The notes below the pieces were generated by a model, which made no database searches, had not been told where the DNA came from, and saw nothing but the letters and a program-made list of their open reading frames with translations. DNA of 64,000 nucleotides from a bacterium (lineage in GTDB: Bacteria; SAR324; NAC60-12). The translations under genes and the position numbers were made by a program. The DNA is taken from assembly GCA_965205865.1 (NCBI GenBank), contig CBDBHR010000030.1, forward strand, positions 672,001-736,000, given 5' to 3'. Below, one piece after another: positions 38,618-48,619 of the stretch (its first letter is position 1; every line of letters begins with the position of its first letter).

Positions 38618-40420
38618 CTAATGACCCATTGCTGCCTTCAGCTCACTATCAATCCAGAGGCGGGACCATATGACAGGAGCACGGTTCATGTGTCCGAGCT
38701 CGATTTCCCCGTTAAAACCTATGACCCACGGCTGGTACACTTCGAACCATGGTTGGACAGGACCCCATACGTACCAGTGCTGCTCTACCGCATACATATC
38801 TGCCTCTTTGACCAACCTCTGCTGCTCCTCCATGGTGGTAGCGGCTGCGACGGCTTCAGCCAGGGCATCATAAGTCGGGTCACTGACTCCCGAGCGGTTA
38901 AACTTAGAAAGGGTCGAGTGAAGCTCGGAGGTCATCCAAGAGGAAGGGAGATATTTGACCGACGTGACTGCCGTCGTCATACCTTGCTCCAGAGCCTTGA
39001 CACGAGCAGTCCACGCCGGAATGTTCGCCAGCGGCGTGAGTTGAACCTGTACGTCAACGCCAATCTTTTTCCAGTAGTCGGCGACTGCCGGATGCCATCG
39101 TGCAAAATTCCAGGAATCCACGGAATCCACGTTGGTCCTAAATCGAATGCCGTCGACGCCCCTCGTATACCCTGCCTCGTCAAGGAGCTTCTCAGCCCCT
39201 TCCGGGTCATAGGTATAGTATCCCTTGATCTCTTCGGGCCACTCTTCAAATGGGGTGCTCCATGCCGTTTGCTTCTTGTGTATCATCCCTTGAGGTGTCG
39301 GGTCGGGGGCATAAGCCTTCCAGAAGCTAGTGCTCAGTGTCTCGAGGTCCAGCGCCATCTGCATTGCCCGGCGCACCCTGATGTCGTCAAAGGGCGGCTT
39401 GGTCACGTTAAGGGCATAGCCATGATCCGACCGGAAGGAATACGTATAAACCACGATTTCGGGGTTGGTCTTCCGGAGGCTCTCTACATCTTCGAGATTG
39501 GGGGGGGCACTCACGCCTTGACCAAGGTAAGCAACCTGACCTGTGCGCATTGCCGCCAGACGCGTTGCCGAGTCCGTCATGACCAGTCTCTCTACCTTGT
39601 CAATATAGGGCAAGCGGTTCTCCGGGTATTTTTCGTCGTAGCCCCAGTAGTTGGGGTTCTTGCTAAAGGTCAGAGAGCTGCCGTCGACCAAGTCAGCTAT
39701 CATCCAGGGCCCGGTGCCGACCAGGTTCCTCCAATCGTTAGCGTCCCCGTGTTCCTCGATTACCTCGGGGGGGTATATAAACGTGAGGGGATCGTCGATG
39801 AGGATCGCCAGCGCAGCCAGGGATGGCTCCTTTAGCTTCATAACAACCGTATATTTGTCGGTGGCCGTTACCGATTCGAATGGCACATTTTGTAAATTGA
39901 TCCGGAACTCGGAAGGTTCGGTATAGCCGCTGCCCAGACCCGTCATGCGGTGAAAGTTATATTCTACGTCCTTGGCGGTCAATTCCCTCCCATTCATCGG
40001 TGCCTTGTCGTGCCAGTAGACGCCCTTGCGGATGTGGAAGATATAAGTCAGGGGGTCGGGTTGCTCCCAGCTTTCCGCCAGCGCCCCCGTTTGGAAAGAC
40101 TCAGGTGTGAACGCGGTTCTAAAGTCCCATACGTCCCTGTCTAGTCCCCAGTCCCCCATGCCCAGCTTCTCTAAAACGCCAGCGGTGTAGACCGACACCA
40201 CAAAATGCGCGACGTGGTGGTCTATACCCGGGGGCTCCCAGCCCTGAGCTACCGTGAGCACCCCGCCATACTCAGGCGCGGTCACCATCTCACCGGTGGT
40301 GGGGTCTTTGACCATCTTTTTCTCAGCCGCGACGGCTGAACTGACCCAGAGCATGGTCACGCTCAGGATGAAGGCCAGCAGGATTGCACTGAAGGTTGAT
40401 TTGCTTTTTTGATTATCCAT
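38618..40420 (-). CDS. ABC transporter substrate-binding protein, family 5 (in-frame upstream starts at 40531 and 40630)
   Basis: MDNQKSK signal peptide, AEKKMVKDPTTGEMVTAPEYGG, LAESWEQPDPLTY, DIRVRRAMQMALD. Confidence 0.9.
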   Translation of the reverse strand: MDNQKSKSTFSAILLAFILSVTMLWVSSAVAAEKKMVKDPTTGEMVTAPEYGGVLTVAQGWEPPGIDHHVAHFVVSVYTAGVLEKLGMGDWGLDRDVWDFRTAFTPESFQTGALAESWEQPDPLTYIFHIRKGVYWHDKAPMNGRELTAKDVEYNFHRMTGLGSGYTEPSEFRINLQNVPFESVTATDKYTVVMKLKEPSLAALAILIDDPLTFIYPPEVIEEHGDANDWRNLVGTGPWMIADLVDGSSLTFSKNPNYWGYDEKYPENRLPYIDKVERLVMTDSATRLAAMRTGQVAYLGQGVSAPPNLEDVESLRKTNPEIVVYTYSFRSDHGYALNVTKPPFDDIRVRRAMQMALDLETLSTSFWKAYAPDPTPQGMIHKKQTAWSTPFEEWPEEIKGYYTYDPEGAEKLLDEAGYTRGVDGIRFRTNVDSVDSWNFARWHPAVADYWKKIGVDVQVQLTPLANIPAWTARVKALEQGMTTAVTSVKYLPSSWMTSELHSTLSKFNRSGVSDPTYDALAEAVAAATTMEEQQRLVKEADMYAVEQHWYVWGPVQPWFEVYQPWVIGFNGEIELGHMNRAPVIWSRLWIDSELKAAMGH

Positions 40421-40435
40421 CTTTTTCCTTTCTTT

Positions 40436-40612
40436 TTTTTGATTAAAAACAAGATTTAGGATTGATTTAAAACCTGCTTTCGCTCCCGAAAGCACGTTCT
40501 CGACGTTTTCTCTACTTTTTTGACGGTTCATGGTGCTCCTTTCTGCTTTTTGATTAAAAACAAGATTGCGGGTTGCTTTAAAACCTGCTTTCGTTCTCGA
40601 CGTTTTCTCTAC
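40436..40612. repeat. Imperfect tandem duplication (111-bp period) in the SBP 5' region
   Basis: TTTTGATTAAAAACAAGATT...AAAACCTGCTTTCG...TTCTCGACGTTTTCTCTAC present twice. Confidence 0.9.
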
Positions 40613-41213
40613 ACATTGGGTCTCCTTCATTTTGGAGTGATCAAAAAACCGATTCATTGGCTCCAGGATGGGGCAATGAACCAGAAACCGACGCACTCAG
40701 GCGCCGATGATTTTCCAAATTCCCCATTGCCGTTCCGTTCCTGGAACGGGGAACGAGGGATCTTAAGGATCTCTCCCTGATGTCGAGATAATACAAGGGA
40801 GTAGAACTTGGGATTGGGGACTTGAGACTTGTTGCTTGAAACTTATTACTAGGAACTGGGAACTGGGAACTGGTTTTTAAGTATACTTCATAGCCACCTC
40901 ATTGTCAATATTTTTTATACTTGAAACAGGTTAATTTCAGACTTTCATGCCATCCTGACGGTCCGCCGATGTGGCAAATCGAAGGATCGCCTTATTGCTT
41001 TTCCGTCCTATCTCAGGGCATAAAGTTAATAAATTTCTTGCCAATCTCTAACGGTATTTTAACGAAATGCGGTGAAAATCTTGCTCAAATGTAACAAAAT
41101 CTGACAGCTTTCAGTGACAGAATAAAGGGATTAAAATGGTAAGTCAAGCATTTCTCAAAAAAAAAGGTAACTATTCGGGTCTCTGAAAAAACCGTTTAGT
41201 TAAAATCGTTTAA

Positions 41214-41405
41214 AAAAGATTCCCGGGGAGGATCGATCGTTTTCACGTCCTTCCACGATATTGTTCAATCGATCGGGAACCCTCTCATTCACCAAAACAA
41301 CTTAATAATGGCATGATTATAGCACAAAACAACGCAATTTCAACCCCCTGATATAAAATAAATGCGGGATTCGCAAAAAAAATAAAAAAACGATAAATCA
41401 AGGAG
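41214..41405 (-). promoter_or_regulatory. Paralogous copy of the 720-1020 promoter/leader, with a single repeat unit
   Basis: TTGAAA-16 nt-TATAAT with TGn (41343-41316), then GGTTCCCGATCGATTGAACAATATCGTGGAAGG...CCCCGGGAATCTTTTTT. Confidence 0.7.
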
Positions 41406-41481
41406 ATCCGCTCCTTTATGATATGGATAAAGCAAAAAGAGTAATTGGGGAACAAATACGGAAGATTAAAAAATTTCCTTT

Positions 41482-41577
41482 AATTTAAATAAGTTAGAAG
41501 TATGGATACGCAAAATTAGGGGACACGTAACAGCAGGTATAAAACAGTAGAGTTGGGATGCCGCTGTACATGTCCCC
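41482..41577 (-). repeat. 96-bp element, copy B
   Basis: Reverse complement of 34628-34723; core bounded by CAAAATTAGGGGACA...TGTCCCCCAATTTTG. Confidence 0.9.
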
Positions 41578-41687
41578 CAATTTTGCTCACACCATTGGAA
41601 TAATTACAGGTTATTTAAGGTTTGTTCCCTAGAATGTTGAAAAGTTCGTGTCTCTGATTAGGAATTAGGGAGACTTTTGCAAACTTT

Positions 41688-42545
41688 TCAGGAGAGATTG
41701 AGTTGTGATTGGAGTTCTTGAAGGAGGGTCTGTAACTCTTCTTCATTTTTTCGATTTAACTCTTTTTCAGGAGTCACTTCTTGTTTGAGAAGTTTTTGGG
41801 CCATCTGGATTTGACCGATAACTTTCCCTTTTTCCAGTCCTTTTTCCAGTCCTTTTTCCAGTCCTTCTTGTAATCCCTCTTCCAAACCTTGTGATTTTCC
41901 GATTTGTATCAATTCTTTTCCGGCGACTGTTTCGTCTAATGGTGTCAGTTTGAGCATCGTTTGTATCTCCTCTCTTGTCAGTTTAGAAAACTTCTCCAAA
42001 ATAGCATAGGTTAACAATTCTATCAAATGTCTCTTTTCGAATTCTGAAGAATCCAACGTCTCCAGCGTGTCTTTCCATTGAGGTATTTTTTCTTCCAATT
42101 CTGCTCGACTCTCCAAAACCAAAGGTTCCAAAACCATCAGGGACTTGTGAAGATGTCCTGCTTTTTTAAGACAGTCGGCTAAATGGACTTGGATCAATTT
42201 ATTCGGAGACCGGCAGGAAAACGGAAGATCGTTGGGATCATATTTTTCATCCACATACAGCACAATGGCGATGAAGGGTTTATCATCCTCATTTTGAAGA
42301 TAATAAGTCGTCAATTCTTGAAAGAGACGCCACAGAATTTTTTTATCGCCGTAGCCTTGGACCTCGAAAAAGAGATTGGGGCCTTCTCCATCAGTGCGCC
42401 TGAAAAACCCATCGAGTCGTCTTTCCACTCTTTTGAGAGTGATGCTCTCAAAGACATACGAACCCTGTAAATTCAATTGAAGCAATTTGATCAGAGCATC
42501 GGGTGCTAATTTAAAAAATTCATAAAACAGTTCATCCGTTCTCAA
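41688..42545 (-). CDS. Rpn-family (PD-(D/E)XK, DUF2887-like) recombination-promoting nuclease / putative transposase
   Basis: TTG start with GGAG RBS; RTDELFYEFF, RRLDGFF, FFEVQG, C-terminal (LEKG)n repeats. Confidence 0.85.
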   Translation of the reverse strand: MRTDELFYEFFKLAPDALIKLLQLNLQGSYVFESITLKRVERRLDGFFRRTDGEGPNLFFEVQGYGDKKILWRLFQELTTYYLQNEDDKPFIAIVLYVDEKYDPNDLPFSCRSPNKLIQVHLADCLKKAGHLHKSLMVLEPLVLESRAELEEKIPQWKDTLETLDSSEFEKRHLIELLTYAILEKFSKLTREEIQTMLKLTPLDETVAGKELIQIGKSQGLEEGLQEGLEKGLEKGLEKGKVIGQIQMAQKLLKQEVTPEKELNRKNEEELQTLLQELQSQLNLS

Positions 42546-42769
42546 AAGATGTCTCCGTTTGGTAAGGTTTGAGAGGAATGGCTTCCCCTGTCTTATCAAT
42601 CTGTTAAAATAATCTCAATTCATTTGATTTCATCAGTCTTGTCTGTTCGTAAACATTCACAAGCATCCATCCTATTCTCTCCCCATTGAGAATCATTTTA
42701 TATTGTTTGCTTTGCAGTCAATGTGTGATCGTTTATTGTGATTCGACTGATAATAACTCGAGAAAAAAG

Positions 42770-42895
42770 TACCAACCAGACGGTTCACTGGACGCCCACC
42801 CCTGTGTTTTTCACCAAATTTTGTGCTAGAATTGTCAGTTCATCTTTAGGACACTGGTCATTATCGGGTGAGCGCATGTGACCCTGACTTTGCGC
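42770..42895 (+). other. Second attC-like site, degenerate R' end
   Basis: Near-identical to 34145-34263 but ends CTGAC-TTTGCGC instead of CTGAC-GTTATGC. Confidence 0.55.
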
Positions 42896-43072
42896 TTCTC
42901 AAATAGCATGAAAATTTTATTGATACCTACTGAAATCAGATTTTGATCATCAAATCCATGGATGTTTGAGTGAGAATGAGCATCAAAATGCTGTTTTCAG
43001 ATGTGGAAAGTCTTCATTTCTCATGTCATGGACGCACTCATCCCCTTAAACTTTAATGTTTTTGTTTTTTAA

Positions 43073-44330
43073 TTGAAGCGAAACCCGTTGATCAGATTGG
43101 CGCCAATGCATGCTGGCAGGTGGCAAATAGTTGGTCCAATTGCAAGCGCTCAAAGGTCGTTTTGGGTATTTTCAAGATCAGTTTTCCGGCATGACGAAGC
43201 AGTTTGCCTGCCGTATCAAGAAACTGGCGCCGGAAGGTATCAGCATACATCGTTACCGCAATCACCGGCTTGCTGACGTCTTCTTTGCAGGCTTCGAAGA
43301 GGTTATTGCCAAGCAGCATCAGATAGTAGCATGCGGTATTGGAAATGAAGTCCTTGAAGGGTAGTTGTCGATGACCAAAGTTTTTCAGCGCCCGGTTGGC
43401 CAGTTCATCCTTTCCCCGTCCGTGGTACGAGCCTAAGATTTTTCTCCGCTTCAGCTAACCGATGTTCAGTCGTTCACGGGTTTCAAAGATTTTTTCGTTA
43501 AAAAAAGCGGTGTCCATGCGCAGCATGATTGGTACATCATCCCGGTATTCGCGGCGAATCCTTTTCACGATTTAAACCAGCATCTTCTGAACAGTTTTCC
43601 CGTGATTCGAATGTTTGCTACCTCCGCGAAAAACTGCGTCAACCATATAACGACCCCAATTCATCTGCAGGGAATGAAATCCTTTGACATTCTTGTAAGT
43701 CGGCTGGACGCCATGGCGTTTCAGGGCATCATCATTATCAAGTACCATCGAATCCGGACCCAACACAATCACCGTTGGACAAGTCTTCTTCAGTCTCCGC
43801 ATAAACAGCATCTGCGGCAGATGACGGAACAGGTAGACTCGTACAAAAGAGAACTTTCCAAAAAATCTTTTCACGGTATGCGAGGAGGCAAGGTCTTGCT
43901 CACTGCATGACAACAACGCGGCATAACCCTCGTCCCTTTTGAGGTGATCGAACCAACTGAGATGACGGCTGCTGCCGTCCATGAAAAAACAGAGTATCTG
44001 CGCAAAAAAATCAGAGACAGCAATACCTTTTTTATTTTTACGCATCGAAGCAAACATCCTTTCGATGATCGGCATCAGCCGAATGCTTTGCAGATACTGG
44101 GCAAAAAAGGCCAATCCGGCACGACTTGTCAAGTGTTCATCGGTTGGCTGAATGGCATCAATTACCTGTTTCTTTTTATCCTGAACTGTTATATCTTTTT
44201 CCATAAAGTTCTCTACCTTTTGGGTTGTGTTGGATTTTGTGAATGTTTTTGTGTTAACCACTGAAATATAACACATTTTTCTCAAGGTTAGGAGCTTTTT
44301 TTATTACGAATCGATCAACTTAGGCTTCAG
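43073..44330 (-). mobile_element. IS1380-family element, transposase broken by frameshifts and deletion
   Basis: LTSRAGLA, ASSHTVKRFF, DSMVLDNDDA..GVQPTYK..GFH, FRGGSKHSNHG, LRMDT, C-terminal TFRRQF..AGKLLRHAG; imperfect ends TGAAGC..GTTGATC. Confidence 0.8.
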
Positions 44331-44578
44331 TAAAATATGGAAGAAAATCAGAGTATGATGTTCCTGATGAAGTCTTTATGGTTCTAGCGTTAAAAAAAGG
44401 AATTTTGGATGACACGAAGGGAATCATCAAGTATCATGTCGCCTTCGACAATGTATAACAAGTAACCGAACGAGAATTGGCGTGAAGGACAATCAGAACT
44501 GGCGGAGTGGTATAACACTTTCAGTCAGCGGGAATCCCTGCAAAGCACTCAACCTGAGTGAAGAGAAAGGAGACTACA

Positions 44579-45328
44579 ATGCTGACCCAGGAGCAAATTG
44601 ACAAATATCATGAGGAGGGCTTCGTGATTCCTGATTATCGCCTGCCGTCTAAAACCCTGGAGGCGATCAAAGACAATCATGACCTCTTGTTAAAACGACA
44701 TCCTGAATTTCGGGATTACTGCCCGGCCCTGCTGGTCCATGACACGGCCTTCCTGAACTATGCGCGTATCCCGGAAATTGTCGAGATGGTGGCCCAGGTT
44801 ATTGGAGAGGATATTTTACTCTGGAATGCGAGTTTTTTTGCCAAACCGGCCCACAATGGGAGCAAAACCCCCTGGCATCAAGATGGCGAATACTGGCCCA
44901 TGCGGCCTTTGGCCACTTGTTCGGTTTGGATTGCTGTGGACGATTCGACCACAGAGAATGGCTGTTTGAAAGTCATCCCAGGCTCCCATCGTGCTAAAAA
45001 GTTGTACAAACATGACAAGAATCCAAGCCCAGGGCTCGCGTTGGCCATGGAACTGCAAAAATCGGAATTTGATGAAAGTCAAGCCGTGGAACTGGTCTTG
45101 GAAGGCGGACAGATCTCGCTCCATGACGTTTATCTCATGCACGGTTCGGAGCCCAACACTTCTGACAAACACCGTCGCGGCATGACCCTCCGTTATATGC
45201 CCACCACTTCGGTGTATCGCCGGGAAATTGAAGCAGAGGGCTTCAAGGGGTTAGGGCGACAACCGCGTCCGTTACTTCTCATTCGTGGCGTTGATCGATC
45301 CCAGCAGAATGATTTTGTCCTGCACTAG
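44579..45328 (+). CDS. Phytanoyl-CoA dioxygenase (PhyH) family 2OG-Fe(II) oxygenase
   Basis: FFAKPA..TPWHQD, WIAVDDSTTENGCL.VIPGSH, HGSEPNTS..RR. Confidence 0.92.
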   Translation: MLTQEQIDKYHEEGFVIPDYRLPSKTLEAIKDNHDLLLKRHPEFRDYCPALLVHDTAFLNYARIPEIVEMVAQVIGEDILLWNASFFAKPAHNGSKTPWHQDGEYWPMRPLATCSVWIAVDDSTTENGCLKVIPGSHRAKKLYKHDKNPSPGLALAMELQKSEFDESQAVELVLEGGQISLHDVYLMHGSEPNTSDKHRRGMTLRYMPTTSVYRREIEAEGFKGLGRQPRPLLLIRGVDRSQQNDFVLH

Positions 45329-45604
45329 GAAAGTCAATCTTGCTGACGGGGCGGCAACTTGGGCATCCAGTCAGAAAAACAAGCAGCTCTGGGCATCGAC
45401 TACAGTGTAGCCAGTGCCCTTGAACTGCCATTTGATGCTTCCCTCTTCGACTTTGCCGTCGGAGTCATCACCACCGGCTCTGCCGGTGGCTTGAGGAAGC
45501 CCCCAGGATGATGGAATCTGCCCATTTCGTACTCTGTATCAAAAATGACGATTATCCTGCTTCTTTAGAACGATGGAAAGTCTATCGGAGGCTTCCTGAT
45601 GAAA

Positions 45605-46171
45605 ATGGGTGATTCTCTGGGGTTGGGGCATACTAGTGTCCGCTCCTTTTTGGAGCTATTGGCTCAAACCTTTGTCATTCGGATCCTGGGACCGTATCAC
45701 TCCAACATCAAAAAACGACTTGTCAAATCCCCCAGTGTTTTATTCGAGACAGCGGCTGGCCAAGGCAGTGCTCCACAATTTATTGGGACTTGAATCCTTA
45801 AATGATCTTTTAGGACATCCGGTTTATGGCGCCTCTTGGGAAGGATTTGTTTTGGAAAATATCCTAACGGCGCTACCCAACCGGAATGCCTCCTTTTATC
45901 AAACCTCTCATGGCGCGGAAATAGATCTGATTCTGGACAAGGACAACCGAAGAATAGGTATTGAATGCAAAGCCTCCAGCGCACCTCGAGTGAATCGAGG
46001 ATTGTGGAATGTGATCGAGGACCTGGAACTGGAAAAACCTGGCTCATTGCCCCCGTCAATGCGCCTTATCCGGTGAAGCAAACCGTGGTTGTCAGTCCTT
46101 TGAGGGCTTTTATCGAAGAAATGACCAAGTACTGCTATCAGGAAATGGTTGACCCTCTGTTCAGGTTATAA
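45605..46171 (+). pseudogene. C-terminal half of DUF4143 AAA ATPase spread over three frames
   Basis: PYHSNIKKRLVKSP / GASWEGFVLENI..GAEIDLIL..IECK / WLIAPVNAPYP. Confidence 0.8.
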
Positions 46172-46292
46172 TGAGTCCTGTTTGTCATTCCGGGCGAAGA
46201 CCGGGAATCCAAGGGATTTACCCTAGAAATCCCAGATTCCGGATCAAGTCCGGGATGACACAAAATGGATCAATCACTTCGTAACGCCTGAA
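46160..46292. repeat. Palindromic miniature element
   Basis: GTCATTCCGGGC..CCGGGAATCC...GATTCCGG..CCGGGATGAC core inside TTCAGG..TTA / TAACGCCTGAA imperfect ends. Confidence 0.7.
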
Positions 46293-46413
46293 TCAGGATG
46301 CTTGAACTTTCAGAGTGAAATGCTGGAATCTATTGTTCATAACTGCGTTCATCGCAGTCGATGTGGATAGCATATTGATTCAGAGGATTATCAGGAAGCT
46401 CTGTTAAAATGTA

Positions 46414-47844
46414 TCACGGATTTGCCCCTTTATCCTGATTGGACGAGAGTGGTAGTTCAAGGGTCACTTTCAAGCCAGGATTTCGATTTTCAGCCCAAAT
46501 GCGCCCCTGGTGCCATTCAGCAGCTCTTTGGGCAATGGCCATTCCCAATCCGCTACCATTGTTTTTTTGTCCCCGGGTTTCATCGACCCGGTAAAAGGGA
46601 TTGAAAAGCACTTCGAGGCTTTCTTCCGGAACGCCAGGACCTTGGTCTTCCACCACGATCAGCGCAAAGCGTTGCTCGTTTTCGATGCGCAGGGCCATAT
46701 TGACTTCAATAGTGGTGTGGGCGGGAGCAAATCGAATGGCATTGCGGACTATATTTTCAATGGCGCTGCTCAAAATCGAAGCATTGCCTTGGAAATGGCA
46801 GAATACGCGGTGGACCAGTTGGACCTCTTTTTCCTGCGACTCTGCTTCAAAATGAGTGTCTTCGATCAAATCCGAGATCAAAGCAGAAAGTTCCATCCAT
46901 TTCTTCTCTTCCCCGACGAGGCGATTGTCCAGCCGTGACCATTGAATGACTTGGGCGATCAGGCGGTCTAACCTACCGATTTCCAGTTCAATGCGGTCAT
47001 GTTCGGGATCTGTATCGCGGGTCTTTTTACGAGCCAGTGCCAGCGCTATCTGTAAGCGGGTCAACGGAGAACGCAGTTCATGGGAAACATCCATCAGCAG
47101 ACGTTTCTGAGCGCCTACCAGATCGTTCAATTGCTGCGACATGATGTTGAAATCATGACCGAGTTGTCCAATTTCATCTTTCCGCCGACTCACTCGGGGG
47201 CTCACCTGCGTATCGAAATCGCCTTGGGCAATCCGCCTTGCTGCAGATTGCAGTTGTCGAATCGGAGCGACCAGATAGGAGGCCAGCAGCAGGCAAAATA
47301 AGCCACTGACAGTCAAAGTGGTGAGAAAGAAGATCCATTGTCCGGAAAGGATTTGCCACAGTCGCCAGAACACATGATCGGGATAGGGATTGGTGAGGTA
47401 GAGTTGATAAAATTCATTTCCCACAAGAAGTCGATAGGGTCCCACCAGCACAAGACCATCTTTCAAGGCGATTTCGAATTGACGACTCTCCCGTGTTTGC
47501 TCATAAAAATTCTGCAACGCATGCGACACCCTTTGTCTTCCAAGCGACCGTCCTTGGTTGTTGAACAAATACATATTTCCGGGAAGATTCACAGGCCTCC
47601 GATTGGATCTATTGGCTCGTTGCAATCGTCGGGAAGGTTCATGCTCCAGGCGTTTGCCATGGATTTCAAGATCATGAAAAAGTCCGTGTCGCTCGGGGAA
47701 ATAGATGGCCGGATCAACGACAAGGGCAATGACGACGATCAGGCTGACAACCAACGTCGTCATCGTCAGCCAGAACCAGAGGAAGATTTTCCAGAAAAGA
47801 CGGGTCCAGGGTTTGTAGAGCCAGGATTGCCATTCCAAGCGCAC
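46414..47844 (-). CDS. cpxA: Sensor histidine kinase, CpxA-like (HAMP-HisKA-HATPase)
   Basis: LFWKIFLWFW, DVSHELRSPLTRL, AIENIVRNA, DQGPGV, FNPFYRVD, GSGLGMAI. Confidence 0.8.
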   Translation of the reverse strand: MRLEWQSWLYKPWTRLFWKIFLWFWLTMTTLVVSLIVVIALVVDPAIYFPERHGLFHDLEIHGKRLEHEPSRRLQRANRSNRRPVNLPGNMYLFNNQGRSLGRQRVSHALQNFYEQTRESRQFEIALKDGLVLVGPYRLLVGNEFYQLYLTNPYPDHVFWRLWQILSGQWIFFLTTLTVSGLFCLLLASYLVAPIRQLQSAARRIAQGDFDTQVSPRVSRRKDEIGQLGHDFNIMSQQLNDLVGAQKRLLMDVSHELRSPLTRLQIALALARKKTRDTDPEHDRIELEIGRLDRLIAQVIQWSRLDNRLVGEEKKWMELSALISDLIEDTHFEAESQEKEVQLVHRVFCHFQGNASILSSAIENIVRNAIRFAPAHTTIEVNMALRIENEQRFALIVVEDQGPGVPEESLEVLFNPFYRVDETRGQKNNGSGLGMAIAQRAAEWHQGRIWAENRNPGLKVTLELPLSSNQDKGANP

Positions 47845-47853
47845 GAGCCTCCT

Positions 47854-48543
47854 TCACTCAGTGATATAAAAATAGCCGGATCCTCTCACTGTTTTGATGC
47901 GTGGAGAACCATCCGGTTTTTTTCTGATTTTACGACGGACATTGCTGACATGCATGTCGATGGCCCGGTCGTACTCCATCAGTTTCCGTCCGAGGGCCAA
48001 TCGGGTTAATTCACCACGATCCACCAGCATCCCGGCTCGTTCCACCAGAATTTTTAAAACCAGAAACTCGGTCGCCGTCATTTCCAGCAGTTGGCCATTC
48101 CGCTTGATTTCCCGGTTCAGGAAATTGATGGAGAGATCATCAATTTCCAGCAGTGGTGGTGACGATTCAGGGACATCTACACTTTCGCTACGACGTAATA
48201 TCGCTTTTATGCGTGCGACCAATTCACGGTGATTGAATGGTTTGGGCAGGTAATCATCCGCTCCAATTTCCAATCCGATGATGCGATCGACATCATCTCC
48301 TCGTGCTGTCAGCATGAGCACCGGAATTTTGGATTGCTGTCGGATGCGTTTCAGTACCTCGAACCCATTCAATTTTGGCAAGGTGACATCCAGCAAAATC
48401 AATTGATGCTCTCCTGACAAGGCAGTCTCGACCCCGCATTTACCCTCGTGCACTGCAGTCACGGAAAATCCTTCCAGGGTCAGATACTCTGTTAAAAGCT
48501 GGCAAAGCTCCAAGTCATCATCGATCAATAAAACACTACTCAC
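47854..48543 (-). CDS. cpxR: OmpR-family response regulator, CpxR-like
   Basis: LLIDDD, LLDV, MLTARG, GADDYLPKPF, DRAIDMHVSNVRRK, IKTVRGSGY. Confidence 0.82.
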   Translation of the reverse strand: MSSVLLIDDDLELCQLLTEYLTLEGFSVTAVHEGKCGVETALSGEHQLILLDVTLPKLNGFEVLKRIRQQSKIPVLMLTARGDDVDRIIGLEIGADDYLPKPFNHRELVARIKAILRRSESVDVPESSPPLLEIDDLSINFLNREIKRNGQLLEMTATEFLVLKILVERAGMLVDRGELTRLALGRKLMEYDRAIDMHVSNVRRKIRKKPDGSPRIKTVRGSGYFYITE

Positions 48544-48619
48544 AGTCGGGAATTGAGAAAATAGTTATAACCTGGGTCCCTGACAAAAACTATTCTCTTA
48601 CCAGGGACCTGCCACAATG

